A stretch of DNA of 64,000 nt, taken from positions 64,001 through 128,000 of the forward strand of contig CAVVKN010000022.1 in the NCBI GenBank assembly GCA_963748825.1, written 5' to 3'. The notes beneath the pieces are model-generated. The model searched no databases. It saw only the letters and a list, made by a program, of their open reading frames with translations, and was not told the DNA's origin. Positions 19,824 through 30,418 of the stretch are shown here, piece after piece. Positions within the stretch are counted from its first letter, which is position 1, and every line of letters begins with the position of its first letter. A program made the position numbers and the translations under genes. The DNA is from Methanotrichaceae archaeon (lineage in GTDB: Archaea > Halobacteriota > Methanosarcinia > Methanotrichales > Methanotrichaceae).

Positions 19824-20153
19824 ATGAAACAACCTGAAAGGCAAGACATAGCGAAGTTTGACGGCATAATCTCTGAGCTAGGAAGAAGAGGGATAGTTGT
19901 GCTGATGCATCGTCCCACTCGCTGGGGTTATGTCGTGGACGCGGTCATTCCTTCAATCAAGATCGTCATTCTAAAGATGCCGGATCTGACTAAACAGGTC
20001 AAAGTGGCCATGAGCCAGTTTCGGGATCTGATTAACAGGCTTGAGAGCGATGGATATCAAGTCATGGTCATTCCCAAGAACAGCATGGATGAGGCACAGG
20101 TCAAAGCCTTCTGCGATCGTATCGCTGCTGAGCCAGCTCTAGCTTCAGCCTGA
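19824..20153 (+). CDS. Hypothetical protein, possibly a degenerate DUF559/Vsr-like fold
   Basis: GYVVDAVIPSIKIVI...LESDGYQVMVI. Confidence 0.55.
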   Translation: MKQPERQDIAKFDGIISELGRRGIVVLMHRPTRWGYVVDAVIPSIKIVILKMPDLTKQVKVAMSQFRDLINRLESDGYQVMVIPKNSMDEAQVKAFCDRIAAEPALASA

Positions 20154-20205
20154 TTTTTTCTTATTTTGTCCGATTTGTGCTGCTGATGCATTCTTAATTC
20201 GCAGC

Positions 20206-20667
20206 TTACTTAGAGGCGGGTTTGGCCGTCTCCTTGCGTAGCTCCAGCAGCTCCTGGTAGATTATCTGAAGCGCCTTATCCTGGGCAGCCAGGTTTTCTA
20301 GCACGGCACGGCTCTCCTCTTCTGCCCGGAGGTTCATGAGGTAATCATTATGAGCCTTGAGTTTATCCTGGCGGTTTTGACTCATCATAATCAGAGATGC
20401 TGTGTAGGCAGACTGCAAAGAGAAGATCAGATTCATGAAGATGAAAGGATAAGGATCCCAGGCGCGAATGTAAGCAGTAGCATTGAGGATTACCCAAACG
20501 ACCACCAGAATCGATTGTATCAGTATGAACCGCCATGAGCCTATGTTTTTGTACACCCAATCGGCAAATTTCTCCCCCTGGGTCGTTGGACCGGTATCAA
20601 TCTCGCTGAGCTCGCGCACAGGGGCGTGATTGTGCTCAAATGGCTTAGGAAAGTTCAGTCTCTTCAA
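20206..20667 (-). CDS. DUF1003 membrane protein
   Basis: IGSWRFI, WDPYPFIFMNL, IMMSQNRQ. Confidence 0.9.
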   Translation of the reverse strand: MKRLNFPKPFEHNHAPVRELSEIDTGPTTQGEKFADWVYKNIGSWRFILIQSILVVVWVILNATAYIRAWDPYPFIFMNLIFSLQSAYTASLIMMSQNRQDKLKAHNDYLMNLRAEEESRAVLENLAAQDKALQIIYQELLELRKETAKPASK

Positions 20668-20719
20668 TGGTGGGCCTCCGCAGGGCCTCTATATTGCCAA
20701 ATAGTTTTATAGGCATTGC

Positions 20720-22096
20720 CTAGAGGTTTACCTCCTGCCGATCTTCCGATAGGTTGATCGACAAAACGGCGGCCATGGTGCTGTTTGCTTCTCCCTGCCC
20801 CATCATCTCCAGCTTCACTCGATCTCCCTCTGCCACCCAGGGAGCAGTGCGATCGGCCAGATAATCCAGAAAGTTTGCATCCAGGCTGTAAAAACCGTTC
20901 GAAGCGACATTGGTCATCTTCTGCTGACCTGTCCTCTCATTTCGAGCAACGATTGTGATATTGGAGGATGTTGAATTGTTGGTGCTGGTGTTGATCCTGC
21001 CGAAGATGGGATGAAGCCTTGGCACTGTAAATCCGGAAAAGCCTTGCTCCTGGAAGGAGAACTTCTCGCCAGACTTTGATTTAAGTGTCCCCTGCAAAAT
21101 AGAGACCTGCTGGAAGATGAGAACGCTGGGCAATGGAGGCCGGTAGTCGAGAGTTGTTGCAGCGCTCTTTTGCACATCAACCGCCAGATCCAGGGTGTAG
21201 TCTCCGTTATCTGCCTCTACATTATAGGCGTCAGGAAAGATTCCTGCCGTCATATTGTCAAATGAGTAATTTGAATTTGAATAATTCAGTTTGATCTGCT
21301 TATCTGAGAAGACGATTCTCTTGCCGTCTTTCTCTACTCCTAAAAATGCCACTCTTTGCTCACCCAATATCTCGGCGAATGCCAGGCTGAATCCGTCCAG
21401 GGGAACAGAAACAGAGGCCCTGGTGATTTGAGGATCGCTTAGGGCAAAGCGGCCCCAGGCATGCTCGTGATAGCCTATGCCCTGCAGGCTTCTTGTCCTG
21501 TTGCCGATGGTAAGAGTGCCGGTTACCTGAGCAGAGGGCATGTAAACCAACCACTTAATCCAATCACCCTTGAGGTGGCCGATATGCACCTGAACCGGGA
21601 CGGCAAACCAGGGGCGGGCCGTGGGCTGATAAACCAGATCCCAGCGGATAGGATCACCTGTGGCACTGTCCTCGACCTCACCCCAGACGCGCAGGTTCGG
21701 CTCTTCCTCTGTGGAAAAGCCGCTCTTGTCGATGTCAAACATGGGGGAGTTTCTGTCACCTCCATAACCGCGGCTGTGGTGTTTGCCCATGGCATGAGGC
21801 TGGCCATCCTGCATGGCCACAGCCTGCACCAGAATCTTTCTTTCAGAGGAAATATTATCCGGATCGCTGAGGAGGTAGACTACCTGGAACTGAGTGTCAT
21901 TATCCGCTACATCGAAGTACCACCACTCATTGTAGAGCTGGTCATCCACGCCGTTGGCCATATAGTGGTAGGCATCGTCCTTGGGAGAGGCATCGACCGC
22001 CCACCCATTGCCCGATAAAAAAAAGAATGCGACGATTGCTATCATCGTTAATTGCATAAGTCTCCTCTGGATCATTATATCATAATTGATTATCAT
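20720..22096 (-). CDS. Secreted CrtC/AttH (lipocalin-like hydratase/cyclase) fold protein
   Basis: Signal peptide, EWWYFD, GTLTIG...GIGYHEHAWG. Confidence 0.7.
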   Translation of the reverse strand: MIINYDIMIQRRLMQLTMIAIVAFFFLSGNGWAVDASPKDDAYHYMANGVDDQLYNEWWYFDVADNDTQFQVVYLLSDPDNISSERKILVQAVAMQDGQPHAMGKHHSRGYGGDRNSPMFDIDKSGFSTEEEPNLRVWGEVEDSATGDPIRWDLVYQPTARPWFAVPVQVHIGHLKGDWIKWLVYMPSAQVTGTLTIGNRTRSLQGIGYHEHAWGRFALSDPQITRASVSVPLDGFSLAFAEILGEQRVAFLGVEKDGKRIVFSDKQIKLNYSNSNYSFDNMTAGIFPDAYNVEADNGDYTLDLAVDVQKSAATTLDYRPPLPSVLIFQQVSILQGTLKSKSGEKFSFQEQGFSGFTVPRLHPIFGRINTSTNNSTSSNITIVARNERTGQQKMTNVASNGFYSLDANFLDYLADRTAPWVAEGDRVKLEMMGQGEANSTMAAVLSINLSEDRQEVNL

Positions 22097-22382
22097 CCCA
22101 AATATAGCTATCCTTTCATCTTTTGCTCTTCAGGGTCTTTTGCATGGATCGCGCCGAAGTCCCATAGCAGGCCTACTCCATCACACCGCCGAAGGCCCCC
22201 GCAGATGAGAACGTGGCCCTGCGAATCAATGAGCCGGCCCAGCCCAGTGGACAATTTTCCGCACATCAGGGCTGCAAATCTCCCGACCACAATTGCAATT
22301 CGCATTGCCTTCCGCAAAAGCTAGACTGAAATAATAGTATCGGCTAAACAGTGAACTGCATTAGAGCAGAAGGAAGAGATGA

Positions 22383-22874
22383 ATGGACAAGAGATCAGTT
22401 CTAAGAGCGTTTTTCCGGTTTGTCAATCGATTTATCGTTGTCCCGGCATTTCGGAGAGGCTGGGGACGGATCATCTCCAATTCCCTCACAGGAGATATTA
22501 TGGTGCTGAGGATAGCGGGCAGAAAGACGGGAAAGATTCTCTATACTCCGGTGAGCTATGCCCGGATCGGGCCGAACATCTACTGCTATCAGGGAAAAGA
22601 GACGAAAGGACAGTGGTATCTGAACCTTCTGGCCAATCCAGAGGTTGAGGTTCTGCTGCCCACCGGTCGCTTTTCCGGGCGCGGGGAAGAGGTCAGTGAC
22701 ACTACAGAGAAGCTACAGGCGATAAGGCAGATCCTGTTGGGCAGCGGCCTAAATCGCTCCATGTACGGATTCGATCCAAAGGCAGCAACGGATGAGGTAG
22801 TGCGGGAGAGGATCGGAGACACCCCCGTGGTCCGGATTAGGCTCGATTCGATGAAACCCGGATCCTTAAGCTAG
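22383..22874 (+). CDS. F420-dependent (Ddn/DUF385) nitroreductase-like oxidoreductase
   Basis: GRKTGK..TPV, WYLNLLANPEVEV. Confidence 0.85.
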   Translation: MDKRSVLRAFFRFVNRFIVVPAFRRGWGRIISNSLTGDIMVLRIAGRKTGKILYTPVSYARIGPNIYCYQGKETKGQWYLNLLANPEVEVLLPTGRFSGRGEEVSDTTEKLQAIRQILLGSGLNRSMYGFDPKAATDEVVRERIGDTPVVRIRLDSMKPGSLS

Positions 22875-23114
22875 GCATAGACGAGAGGGATACTGCCTTT
22901 CCTCGATCATGCGGTTCCTCTTCGTATCGAATGGGTAATGGAGCAATTGAGTCCTCTGTGAGTCCTCCGTTAGCTTCTCGTGTCTTTTCGTGGTAGGTTG
23001 TTCGTTACCATTTGGTTATGACCAGTGCTAACGACGTTTCAACCATATCTTTGCTCGATGCAGAATGTTAACCGAATGCGAAAGCTATAACATTCTCCCT
23101 TCCAGAGTTAAATT

Positions 23115-24008
23115 GTGGACTGGCTTTTCCTATCTCTCGTGGGCGCAGCTGCTCTCGCCGTTACCGGAGTAATCGACAAGTTCATCCTGGGCAGGTATGT
23201 GCGAGATCCTCTGGCCTACCTGGCAGCCCTGGTGGTAATGCAGCAGATCCTCATCGTGGCCATCCCGGCCTATTTGGGATGGGGATTTGTCTACCCCCAG
23301 ACTCTTTATGCCCTGGCGACAGGCGGCTGCCAGGTGGTCCTCTGGGCCGCGTACCTGTTTGCCCTTCAGGTGGAGGAGACCAGCAGGGTGGCGGCCTTAG
23401 TTTACGTCTTTCCCGTCTTCGTCTTTTTGGGGGCATATCTCTTTTTGGGGGAGACTCTTGCTGCCAAAGATTATGCAGGAGGCGTCCTGCTAGTCTGCAG
23501 CGCCTTATTGATATCTTACCGGCCGACGCAAGGGGGCAGGCCTGCCGTCATCTCCCCGGCTCTAAAGTACATGGCCGTCTTCTGGGTATTTACTGCCGCC
23601 TATGCCCTGGCCGCCAAATACCTTCTCGCCTTCATGAATGAATGGCATCTGATCCTCTGGTCATCTCTGGGCAGCATGCTGGCGGTCTTGCCGTTCTTGG
23701 GGCGTGAGTCGGTCCGAAATGAGTTTGCCGCATATTTCCGTGGTGGCCCGTTTCTGCTCTCAGCTCTCCTGGCCGATGAGGTTTTCGACTTCCTGGGCCG
23801 AGGGGCCTTCATCTTTGCCTATGCGCTTGGTTCCGTAGCCCTGGTCTCCAGCGTGGCTGCTTTGCAGCCTTTCATTACCCTGGTCTATGTCATCCTCCTG
23901 GGGCTGTTTGTTCCGGGAATTCTACAAGAAGAGCTGGATAGAAAAACGATGGCTTTGAAGACTGTCGCTATTCTCCTGATAGTAGTAGGTGTCTATCTGG
24001 TTTCTTGA
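23115..24008 (+). CDS. EamA/DMT family transporter
   Basis: About 10 TM helices, VIDKFIL, FLGETL. Confidence 0.85.
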   Translation: MDWLFLSLVGAAALAVTGVIDKFILGRYVRDPLAYLAALVVMQQILIVAIPAYLGWGFVYPQTLYALATGGCQVVLWAAYLFALQVEETSRVAALVYVFPVFVFLGAYLFLGETLAAKDYAGGVLLVCSALLISYRPTQGGRPAVISPALKYMAVFWVFTAAYALAAKYLLAFMNEWHLILWSSLGSMLAVLPFLGRESVRNEFAAYFRGGPFLLSALLADEVFDFLGRGAFIFAYALGSVALVSSVAALQPFITLVYVILLGLFVPGILQEELDRKTMALKTVAILLIVVGVYLVS

Positions 24009-24012
24009 TTTG

Positions 24013-24337
24013 TTAGAGCTTCAATGGCAAGAAGAAGAATGCCAGCCCCAGGATACCGTATACAGCGAGCAACATCGCCCCCTCCAGCCAGTTGGACTCT
24101 CCGTCCAGAGAGACCAGGGCCGAGATCATGGACGCTGCCGTGAGTGCGATCAGCTCCAGCTGATTGAACTGCAATTGAGAGGCTGGGGTCCATCTTATTC
24201 TGCCTGGCTGCCTGAACGGAGGCCAGGTGCTCGGCCACATTACCAATGATAGGAACGATGATTATTCCTACGAAAAAGGGCGTGAGGCCCAGAACAGCCG
24301 TGACCGCTTCCACCGATGCCACTAAGAGCTCGCTCAT
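24013..24337 (-). pseudogene. Ca2+/H+ exchanger (CAX) C-terminal remnant with internal deletion
   Basis: SELLV.SVE...[14 protein letters not shown] in one frame and [16 protein letters not shown] in another. Confidence 0.8.
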
Positions 24338-24565
24338 CGGGTCGGCCTCACTTTAGCAACTGAACATTTAACATTAGATTTTATTTATCCTTTAAAAAGC
24401 TCGCGAAGAGAAATCCAACTCATCCTGAGGTCAAGTCATGAACAGAGCAGGCAAAACAGATGCCAAGGATGATACTGTATTAGCTGCATCAAATCTAAAG
24501 AGAGTTGATCGATTATTGGCATAAATATTTAAGTATGAAACGGAATAACCATAATGGGTTATAAA

Positions 24566-24694
24566 ATGAAAGTTACCTATACAGATAAGAGTGGGAAAAA
24601 GATAGAACAGGCTTTTAGCACTGAGGATGAAGGCAAGAAGCTGAAGGAGAAGCTCAAAGGTCAAGGTGTTACTGACGCAAAATGGGAATGGTAA
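24566..24694 (+). CDS. 42-aa small protein (below the ORF-track cutoff)
   Basis: MKVTYTDKSGKKIEQAFSTEDEGKKLKEKLKGQGVTDAKWEW*; AT-rich upstream region. Confidence 0.65.
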   Translation: MKVTYTDKSGKKIEQAFSTEDEGKKLKEKLKGQGVTDAKWEW

Positions 24695-24992
24695 ATCGAA
24701 ATCAACCCTTTAGGACGCTGCAAAGCTGACCATTCACTTTTTTGCCTGCGTTTTAATAGCCTCTATGCCTTTTGTTGCGAAATCTGCTTGGTGATCAAGC
24801 TTCTTTGGCTTCGTCTTTGCATAAGGAAGTGCAGCAAGTACAGTTTCATTACTCTTGATCCCGACCGGAAATTCGTCCTCCTATCCGCGAGCAAAAATAG
24901 AAGTATAGACGGCTAAAAGCGCTAAAGTCATTTCCTAAGACTTCATTAGACCATCCCGTTTTCATCGAGCAAGTTATGATATATTATGAAGG

Positions 24993-25511
24993 TCAAATTT
25001 TTAGTTCGCATATGTCACCACAATTCTTGCATAGAACTTCAATTTTTTTAATATTTGTTAAATCGGGCAAAGCTCGCGTCACAGCACTTAGACTCGGTTT
25101 ATTCGTGTTCTTGCTGCCTATCTGCTTGTTTCGTCCTCTTCGCATATTTTGGTAAGCGATCTCTGGGTCCAATCTGTATTTCTCTATATAGCGTTCCCAT
25201 GATAGGTATTCTCCGAAAGCAGAAACATATATTGGATCGCCTACAACTGGTGTGATCTTTCCTGACGGTAGAGTCCATTCAAAACCTTCTGGTGGTAAGC
25301 ATAGCCATTCATGGTCTCCAGGATCAGGATCGTTAAAATCAAAGAATAGAGTGTTAAGTGCACCACAATGGCTGCAGGTAAATGTGTATTCGCAGATAGT
25401 ATTCGCCCCGGTTGATTCGAGATCCAATTCGTTTGATTCTTGACATTGGTGGCATTTAGCACTAATTTCTATTCCCATGTTTATCATCCCCTTGGAAGGG
25501 TTTATGTCCAT
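24993..25511 (-). CDS. Hypothetical multi-CxxC zinc-ribbon protein
   Basis: CHQC, CSHC and C-terminal CKNC. Confidence 0.6.
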   Translation of the reverse strand: MDINPSKGMINMGIEISAKCHQCQESNELDLESTGANTICEYTFTCSHCGALNTLFFDFNDPDPGDHEWLCLPPEGFEWTLPSGKITPVVGDPIYVSAFGEYLSWERYIEKYRLDPEIAYQNMRRGRNKQIGSKNTNKPSLSAVTRALPDLTNIKKIEVLCKNCGDICELKI

Positions 25512-25778
25512 GACAGTATAAATAATTATTGTTTATTTAGGCTGCACATAGATCCAAAATACGACGAAATATTTTTGAGATGGAATATCATGTGGATTTC
25601 TGATTCTTACTACAAGGGGTGCGTGGAGCTATGGGGAAGAGAAAGAGGATTGACAAGGTGGGCGCAGCCCAAGAAAGACTGTTGGGAGATCGTTACAAGT
25701 TTTTCCTCTCAAACCATAATCAGAGGATAAACTTTAAGATTGTTTGTGTGATACTATATCAAGGCGGAGGTTAGTGGA

Positions 25779-26351
25779 ATGAGATTAGCAAGCATAATGT
25801 TATCAGCTATATTGCTTTCATGTTTATCTATTCAAGCCCATGCTATTGATGCAGGTGTCATCGCAGTGCCAAGCATGAACGTGCCAAATATGGACATGCC
25901 AGATCCAAACCCCAAGCCGCTAGTCAAGCCAAACGACAATCCTACCCAAGTCCTCAGCCAAACCGATAGCATGAGTCCTAATCAAACACAGGTGGCTCAA
26001 ATGCAGCAAGTGGGCGGGCCAATGGACGTGAGCGGCAAATGGTCGATAAGACTCAATGATAGAACAGGCACCTCACTTAGCTTGACCCTATGGTCGTCCG
26101 GTGGAACCAAAATTATGGGTTATGGCACTCTGATAGAGAAGGGCACAGAGAACCCTTTAACTGCCAGAGGATCTGTAACTGCGCAGGAACTCACATTGAC
26201 AGCTATGTTGGCTGCACCCGAATACGCCAACCAGAAATTTGATGAGTGCTATTTCGACTTGTTTATGTTAAACAATACTCTGTCGGGAACTTATGTCCTG
26301 TCGGGTGGGCTGTCCCCAGGCAAGGGAAATGCCACGGCAATGAAGCTGTAG
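25779..26351 (+). CDS. Secreted hypothetical protein
   Basis: Signal peptide, Pro-rich linker, DVSGKWSI beta-rich domain. Confidence 0.7.
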   Translation: MRLASIMLSAILLSCLSIQAHAIDAGVIAVPSMNVPNMDMPDPNPKPLVKPNDNPTQVLSQTDSMSPNQTQVAQMQQVGGPMDVSGKWSIRLNDRTGTSLSLTLWSSGGTKIMGYGTLIEKGTENPLTARGSVTAQELTLTAMLAAPEYANQKFDECYFDLFMLNNTLSGTYVLSGGLSPGKGNATAMKL

Positions 26352-26908
26352 GCAGCGCAGGCATATCAGAAACGTGGATTGCCTCTTGCTCCTGACATGG
26401 AGTGATCTGCCAGCTCTTCAGCATTTTTTATGCGTGTAAATGTGTAAACCGTCCCACTCTAAAGTCCTTAAGCCTCTTTGATAATGCCTGTGGCAATATC
26501 ACCTTCTGATTTCGGTACGAATCGATTTTCTCACAGGGACTTTCACAGCGGCTGACATGATAATCTCTTCGCCTGTTTAGGCTGTGAGGATTGCGAAAGA
26601 TGCGTTTCCTCCATTTAGATCCCTGTGCTGATGGCCAGGCATCCATGGCCTTGGCGAGGATGCCGTTTGCCAAAGATCTGCGGTTCCGGATACTGGGTGC
26701 CGGATAGAGGTTCGAGGCAGTGCCTCCCGGCTAATCTGCCTGCTTAATCCGGACAACCTGCACATTCATTTCCTGCAATTTCCCCCCCGTGATCCTCTCT
26801 GCCCAGCCACTCCTCCTGCCCATCCACCAGGGCAATCCCGCTAAAAAAAACCATATGCAGAAAACTATAAAGTGTAAGAACGAATAATAGTATTAAGGTG
26901 AATCAAGA

Positions 26909-27232
26909 ATGAAAGAAGAAATTTTCTTTGGCGAAGGAATGGCCAAGACCAAGATTGAATATCCCGACCTCTACAAAGCCATTGTCGGACTAAACGAGGC
27001 CATCTACACCGGCAAAGCCCTGGACTACAAGGCCCAGAAGCTGATTGCCATCGGCATCAATGCCGCTGCCTCCGACGACCGGGCCACCAAGAAGCAGATG
27101 ATGAGCGGCATGAAGGAGCTTGGCATTACCAAGGACGAAATTGTTGATGTCCTGAGAGTGGTTCTGCTTACTTCCGGAATGCCTCCCTTCACCAAGGGCA
27201 TGAAGACTTTGTATGAAATACTGGGAAAATAA
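26909..27232 (+). CDS. Carboxymuconolactone decarboxylase (CMD/AhpD-like) family protein
   Basis: ALDYKAQKLIAIGI...GITKDEIVDVL..SGMP. Confidence 0.85.
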   Translation: MKEEIFFGEGMAKTKIEYPDLYKAIVGLNEAIYTGKALDYKAQKLIAIGINAAASDDRATKKQMMSGMKELGITKDEIVDVLRVVLLTSGMPPFTKGMKTLYEILGK

Positions 27233-27313
27233 AAATTTTTTTGGCTTTGATTCTTTTTTTTACAGAATACAACGAGGAACTCTTCATCATAAATTGCACT
27301 GGCCATAAGCCGG

Positions 27314-28864
27314 TCAATCCGATATCGCCTTCTTTCGCAGCAATCGGTTATAGGCTATGGCAAATCTGTGCGCCTCATCTCTGATCTCCTGCACATAGAG
27401 CGATGCCTTATCATTTCTCTTGATCTGCAGCGGCCCGTCTAAGCCCGGCACGTAGATCTCCTCCTCGCCCTTGGCCAGGGAGATGATGGGAATCTTCAGC
27501 CGCAACTCCCGCAGCTCTGCCAGCGCCGAGGAGAGCTGCCCCTTGCCCCCGTCGATGACAATGAGGTCAGGCAGCTCCTGCTTCTCCTCCTTGAGGCGGG
27601 AGTAGCGGCGGCGAACTATCTCAGCGATGGAGGCGAAATCATCCACGCCCTGCACGCTCTTGATTTTGAAGCGCCGGTAGTTGCTCTTGTCCGGCCTTCC
27701 CCCCCGAAACTGCACCATGGAGCCCACGGAAAAGGTGCCGGCCAGGTGGGAGATGTCGAAGCATTCGATGACCTGGGGAGTCTTGGGCAGGCGCAAAGCC
27801 TCCTGCAGGACCTGCATCTTCATTCTGTCGCCAAAAAAGCCGATCTCCACATTCTTTTTGGCCAGCTCCAAGAGCTCTTTCTTTTCCCCCTGCTTGGGGA
27901 CGGTGACATGCACCTTTTTGCCCTTGACGTGGGAGAGGAAATCCACCAATGACTCATCCAGCGGCTCTTCCAGTATCAGCTCCTCGGGCGGCTCTCGCTC
28001 CGAGTAGTACTGCACCAGGAACTCCTCCAGGAAGTTCTCGCTCTGGGCAAAAACGTAGTCCTCTTTTCCCTCCAGCGTTCCCCGGTAGACCTTGAAGAGC
28101 ATAAGAAAGACGCTGGAGCCGTCCACCTGATAGCTGAGAACATCCTGATCGTACTTGCGGCTTTTCTCAACCTGCTGCCTCTCCTGCAGGTGCTGCAAAG
28201 CTGCGATCTCATCGCGTAGCTCAATTGCCCGCTCGAACTCCTGCCGGGCGGAGAGCTGTGCCATCTCCTTCTGCAGAGATTCGACCAGCTCGCTTGTCTT
28301 GCCCCCCAGGGCCGAAGCTGCCCTTTTTACCCTGGCCTGGTAGTCTGCCTCTCCTATCTTGCCGAGACATGGGCCGGTGCAGTGGCCCAGATGGTAGCGA
28401 AGGCATGCGCGCTTGGGCAGCCTTTTGCAGGTGCGCAGGCCAAAGGTCTTGCGAAGGAGCTGATAGACAAATGTCCTCTCCCGAGCGGATGTGAAGGGGC
28501 CGAAGAACGAGCCCTTGCCAGCGGCCTTGCGGGAGATCCTGATGCGAGGGAATTTCTCTTCCGTGAGTTCTATGCAGGCATAACGGGAGGAGTCTTTGAG
28601 CTTGATGTTGTAGCGGGGCAGATGCTTCTTGATAAGAGTGTTTTCCAGGAGCAGCGCTTCGACCTCGGTATTGGTGACGATAAAGTCCACCGCCTTTGCT
28701 GCTGATACGAGAGCCTCCGTCCTGGGGCCGTGATCCTGCTTCTGGAAATAATTGCTCACTCGCTTCTTGAGATCTCGGGCTTTGCCTACGTAGATCACCT
28801 TGCCCTGGTCGTCTGCAAAGAGATAGCATCCGGGATTGTGAGGAAGAGAGTCCAGAGAGATCAT
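27314..28864 (-). CDS. uvrC: Excinuclease ABC subunit C
   Basis: PGCYLF..IYVGKA GIY-YIG domain, ECFDISH, DDFASI, PDLIVIDGGKGQL, RDEAHRFAI; lacks the C-terminal HhH. Confidence 0.95.
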   Translation of the reverse strand: MISLDSLPHNPGCYLFADDQGKVIYVGKARDLKKRVSNYFQKQDHGPRTEALVSAAKAVDFIVTNTEVEALLLENTLIKKHLPRYNIKLKDSSRYACIELTEEKFPRIRISRKAAGKGSFFGPFTSARERTFVYQLLRKTFGLRTCKRLPKRACLRYHLGHCTGPCLGKIGEADYQARVKRAASALGGKTSELVESLQKEMAQLSARQEFERAIELRDEIAALQHLQERQQVEKSRKYDQDVLSYQVDGSSVFLMLFKVYRGTLEGKEDYVFAQSENFLEEFLVQYYSEREPPEELILEEPLDESLVDFLSHVKGKKVHVTVPKQGEKKELLELAKKNVEIGFFGDRMKMQVLQEALRLPKTPQVIECFDISHLAGTFSVGSMVQFRGGRPDKSNYRRFKIKSVQGVDDFASIAEIVRRRYSRLKEEKQELPDLIVIDGGKGQLSSALAELRELRLKIPIISLAKGEEEIYVPGLDGPLQIKRNDKASLYVQEIRDEAHRFAIAYNRLLRKKAISD

Positions 28865-29034
28865 GCTTGGAAGATCACTATATTTTCAGGCTATTTTATT
28901 GTATCTCTAAAAATTCGTTAATGAATTGAATCATGTTGAAAAAATCCGTATCTGCAGAGCAATCGGCATTTCGCCAATGATGCAGAACCGGTCATTCTTG
29001 TCTCCCAATAGATCGCAAAAAATTGCTAACCGTC

Positions 29035-30072
29035 TCAGGCGGTAGCTGCAAGATCTCCTTCCCCATCATTATTGCTGTTATCGATGCCGCCTCCCAGTCC
29101 CATGCAGTTGCATCTTCCATCAGCCCATTGGCAGCCTGGATTGCTCTCGCACTCTGCTACCGGATTTGGTGCAGGATTGAAAGGCTCAGGATCTGGCTCA
29201 GGGTTGGGATTAGGGACGGGTCCGGGCATAGGCTCAGGATCCAGCCCCCGGCAGAGGCACCGGCCGTTGATCCAATCGCATAGAGAATTAGCCTCGCATT
29301 TTTGCTTTTCCGGATCCACAGGATCTAGTCCCCTGCAGTAGCATTGGCCATTGGACCAATCGCAGAGAGGATTTTTCTCGCATTCCTCCTTGGGGCCGGG
29401 TTTAGGGGTTGGTGGATTGGGTTTGACATAATTGCCTACCGCATAGACGTCGATGATTACGGCATTGCTGTATCCGCTGTTGGTGGAGAATATGCTGCTG
29501 TGCCGTCCTGGCGCATCGGCATAGTACCAAATGTAGTAGTATCCGGGCTGCACCAATCCCAGGTTATTTCCCAGCACATAGCCGCTTGGATAAATCTCGT
29601 ACATGGTGACGGGAGACGCCTGAGGTACGAAGATCAGCTCTCTCGTCCATCCGCCCCAGGGCAGTGTGGCATAGAAAGTCCAGCTCACGGCTCTCTCTAT
29701 CCACAGGCCTGGATTATTGCTGGGGAAGGTGGTCGAAAAGTCGTTCCAGGCCAGGTAATCTCCGTTGTAGTACATGTACCTGGGCGGACTCGTAAGAACT
29801 GCGGAAGGCATCAACTTTTTCAGATCCGTTGTGGGTGGAGCCTCCTCCGTATAGGCGGCAATCTCCGTTCCTGCGTCCGCAGAAGTCGCCTGAGGCGCAC
29901 CGGTATCAACAAAGGCATCTTGCACATTGCTGAGTGGAACCAGAGCACTGAAATCGGATATAGTCATATTCTTTGCATTGATATTTCCCGATTGGTCCAG
30001 TCCTCCCAAAGATAGGCTGCAAAGGAGGAGGGTGGCTATAGCAATCCGAAATAGCAGATGTTCGGTTTTCAT
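29035..30072 (-). CDS. Secreted protein with Tyr-rich domain and three C-terminal 4-Cys repeats
   Basis: Signal peptide; CEKNPLCDWSNGQCYC, CEANSLCDWINGRCLC, CESNPGCQWADGRCNC with Pro-rich linkers. Confidence 0.75.
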   Translation of the reverse strand: MKTEHLLFRIAIATLLLCSLSLGGLDQSGNINAKNMTISDFSALVPLSNVQDAFVDTGAPQATSADAGTEIAAYTEEAPPTTDLKKLMPSAVLTSPPRYMYYNGDYLAWNDFSTTFPSNNPGLWIERAVSWTFYATLPWGGWTRELIFVPQASPVTMYEIYPSGYVLGNNLGLVQPGYYYIWYYADAPGRHSSIFSTNSGYSNAVIIDVYAVGNYVKPNPPTPKPGPKEECEKNPLCDWSNGQCYCRGLDPVDPEKQKCEANSLCDWINGRCLCRGLDPEPMPGPVPNPNPEPDPEPFNPAPNPVAECESNPGCQWADGRCNCMGLGGGIDNSNNDGEGDLAATA

Positions 30073-30418
30073 TTCCTTCACTCTCTTTATTAAATTGCCA
30101 ATTTTGCCAATACTACTATTTCTTACCTTATTTTTTAATTGTTTAAGCCCGGACAATGACGACCAAATGGACTAAACGATGAGATATTTCTTGAGATCGC
30201 TCCAGAAATCATCATCATTTTCGCACGGCCTTTTGGTCCTTACTTTTCATCATCACCTGGTAATCCCTACTCATTACGTATAAATTTTTTGTACTGTTTG
30301 CCGGAGATTTGTTAAGATGCCTAGAAATGTTCGACAGCAAGATATCTCTATTAGCCTTGATTATTGTCCTATCCCTGATCGTGATGACTTTGCAGGCAAA
30401 TGCTGTTAATTGCACACT

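Noticed and set aside
22950-23045. Possible attC or repeat element (CTAAC/GTT motifs, pyrimidine-rich TTCGTG run)
   Set aside because: No paired L boxes or proper palindrome.
26360-26900. Long intergenic region as a possible ncRNA or riboswitch
   Set aside because: No convincing motif, extended structure or ORF could be supported by eye.
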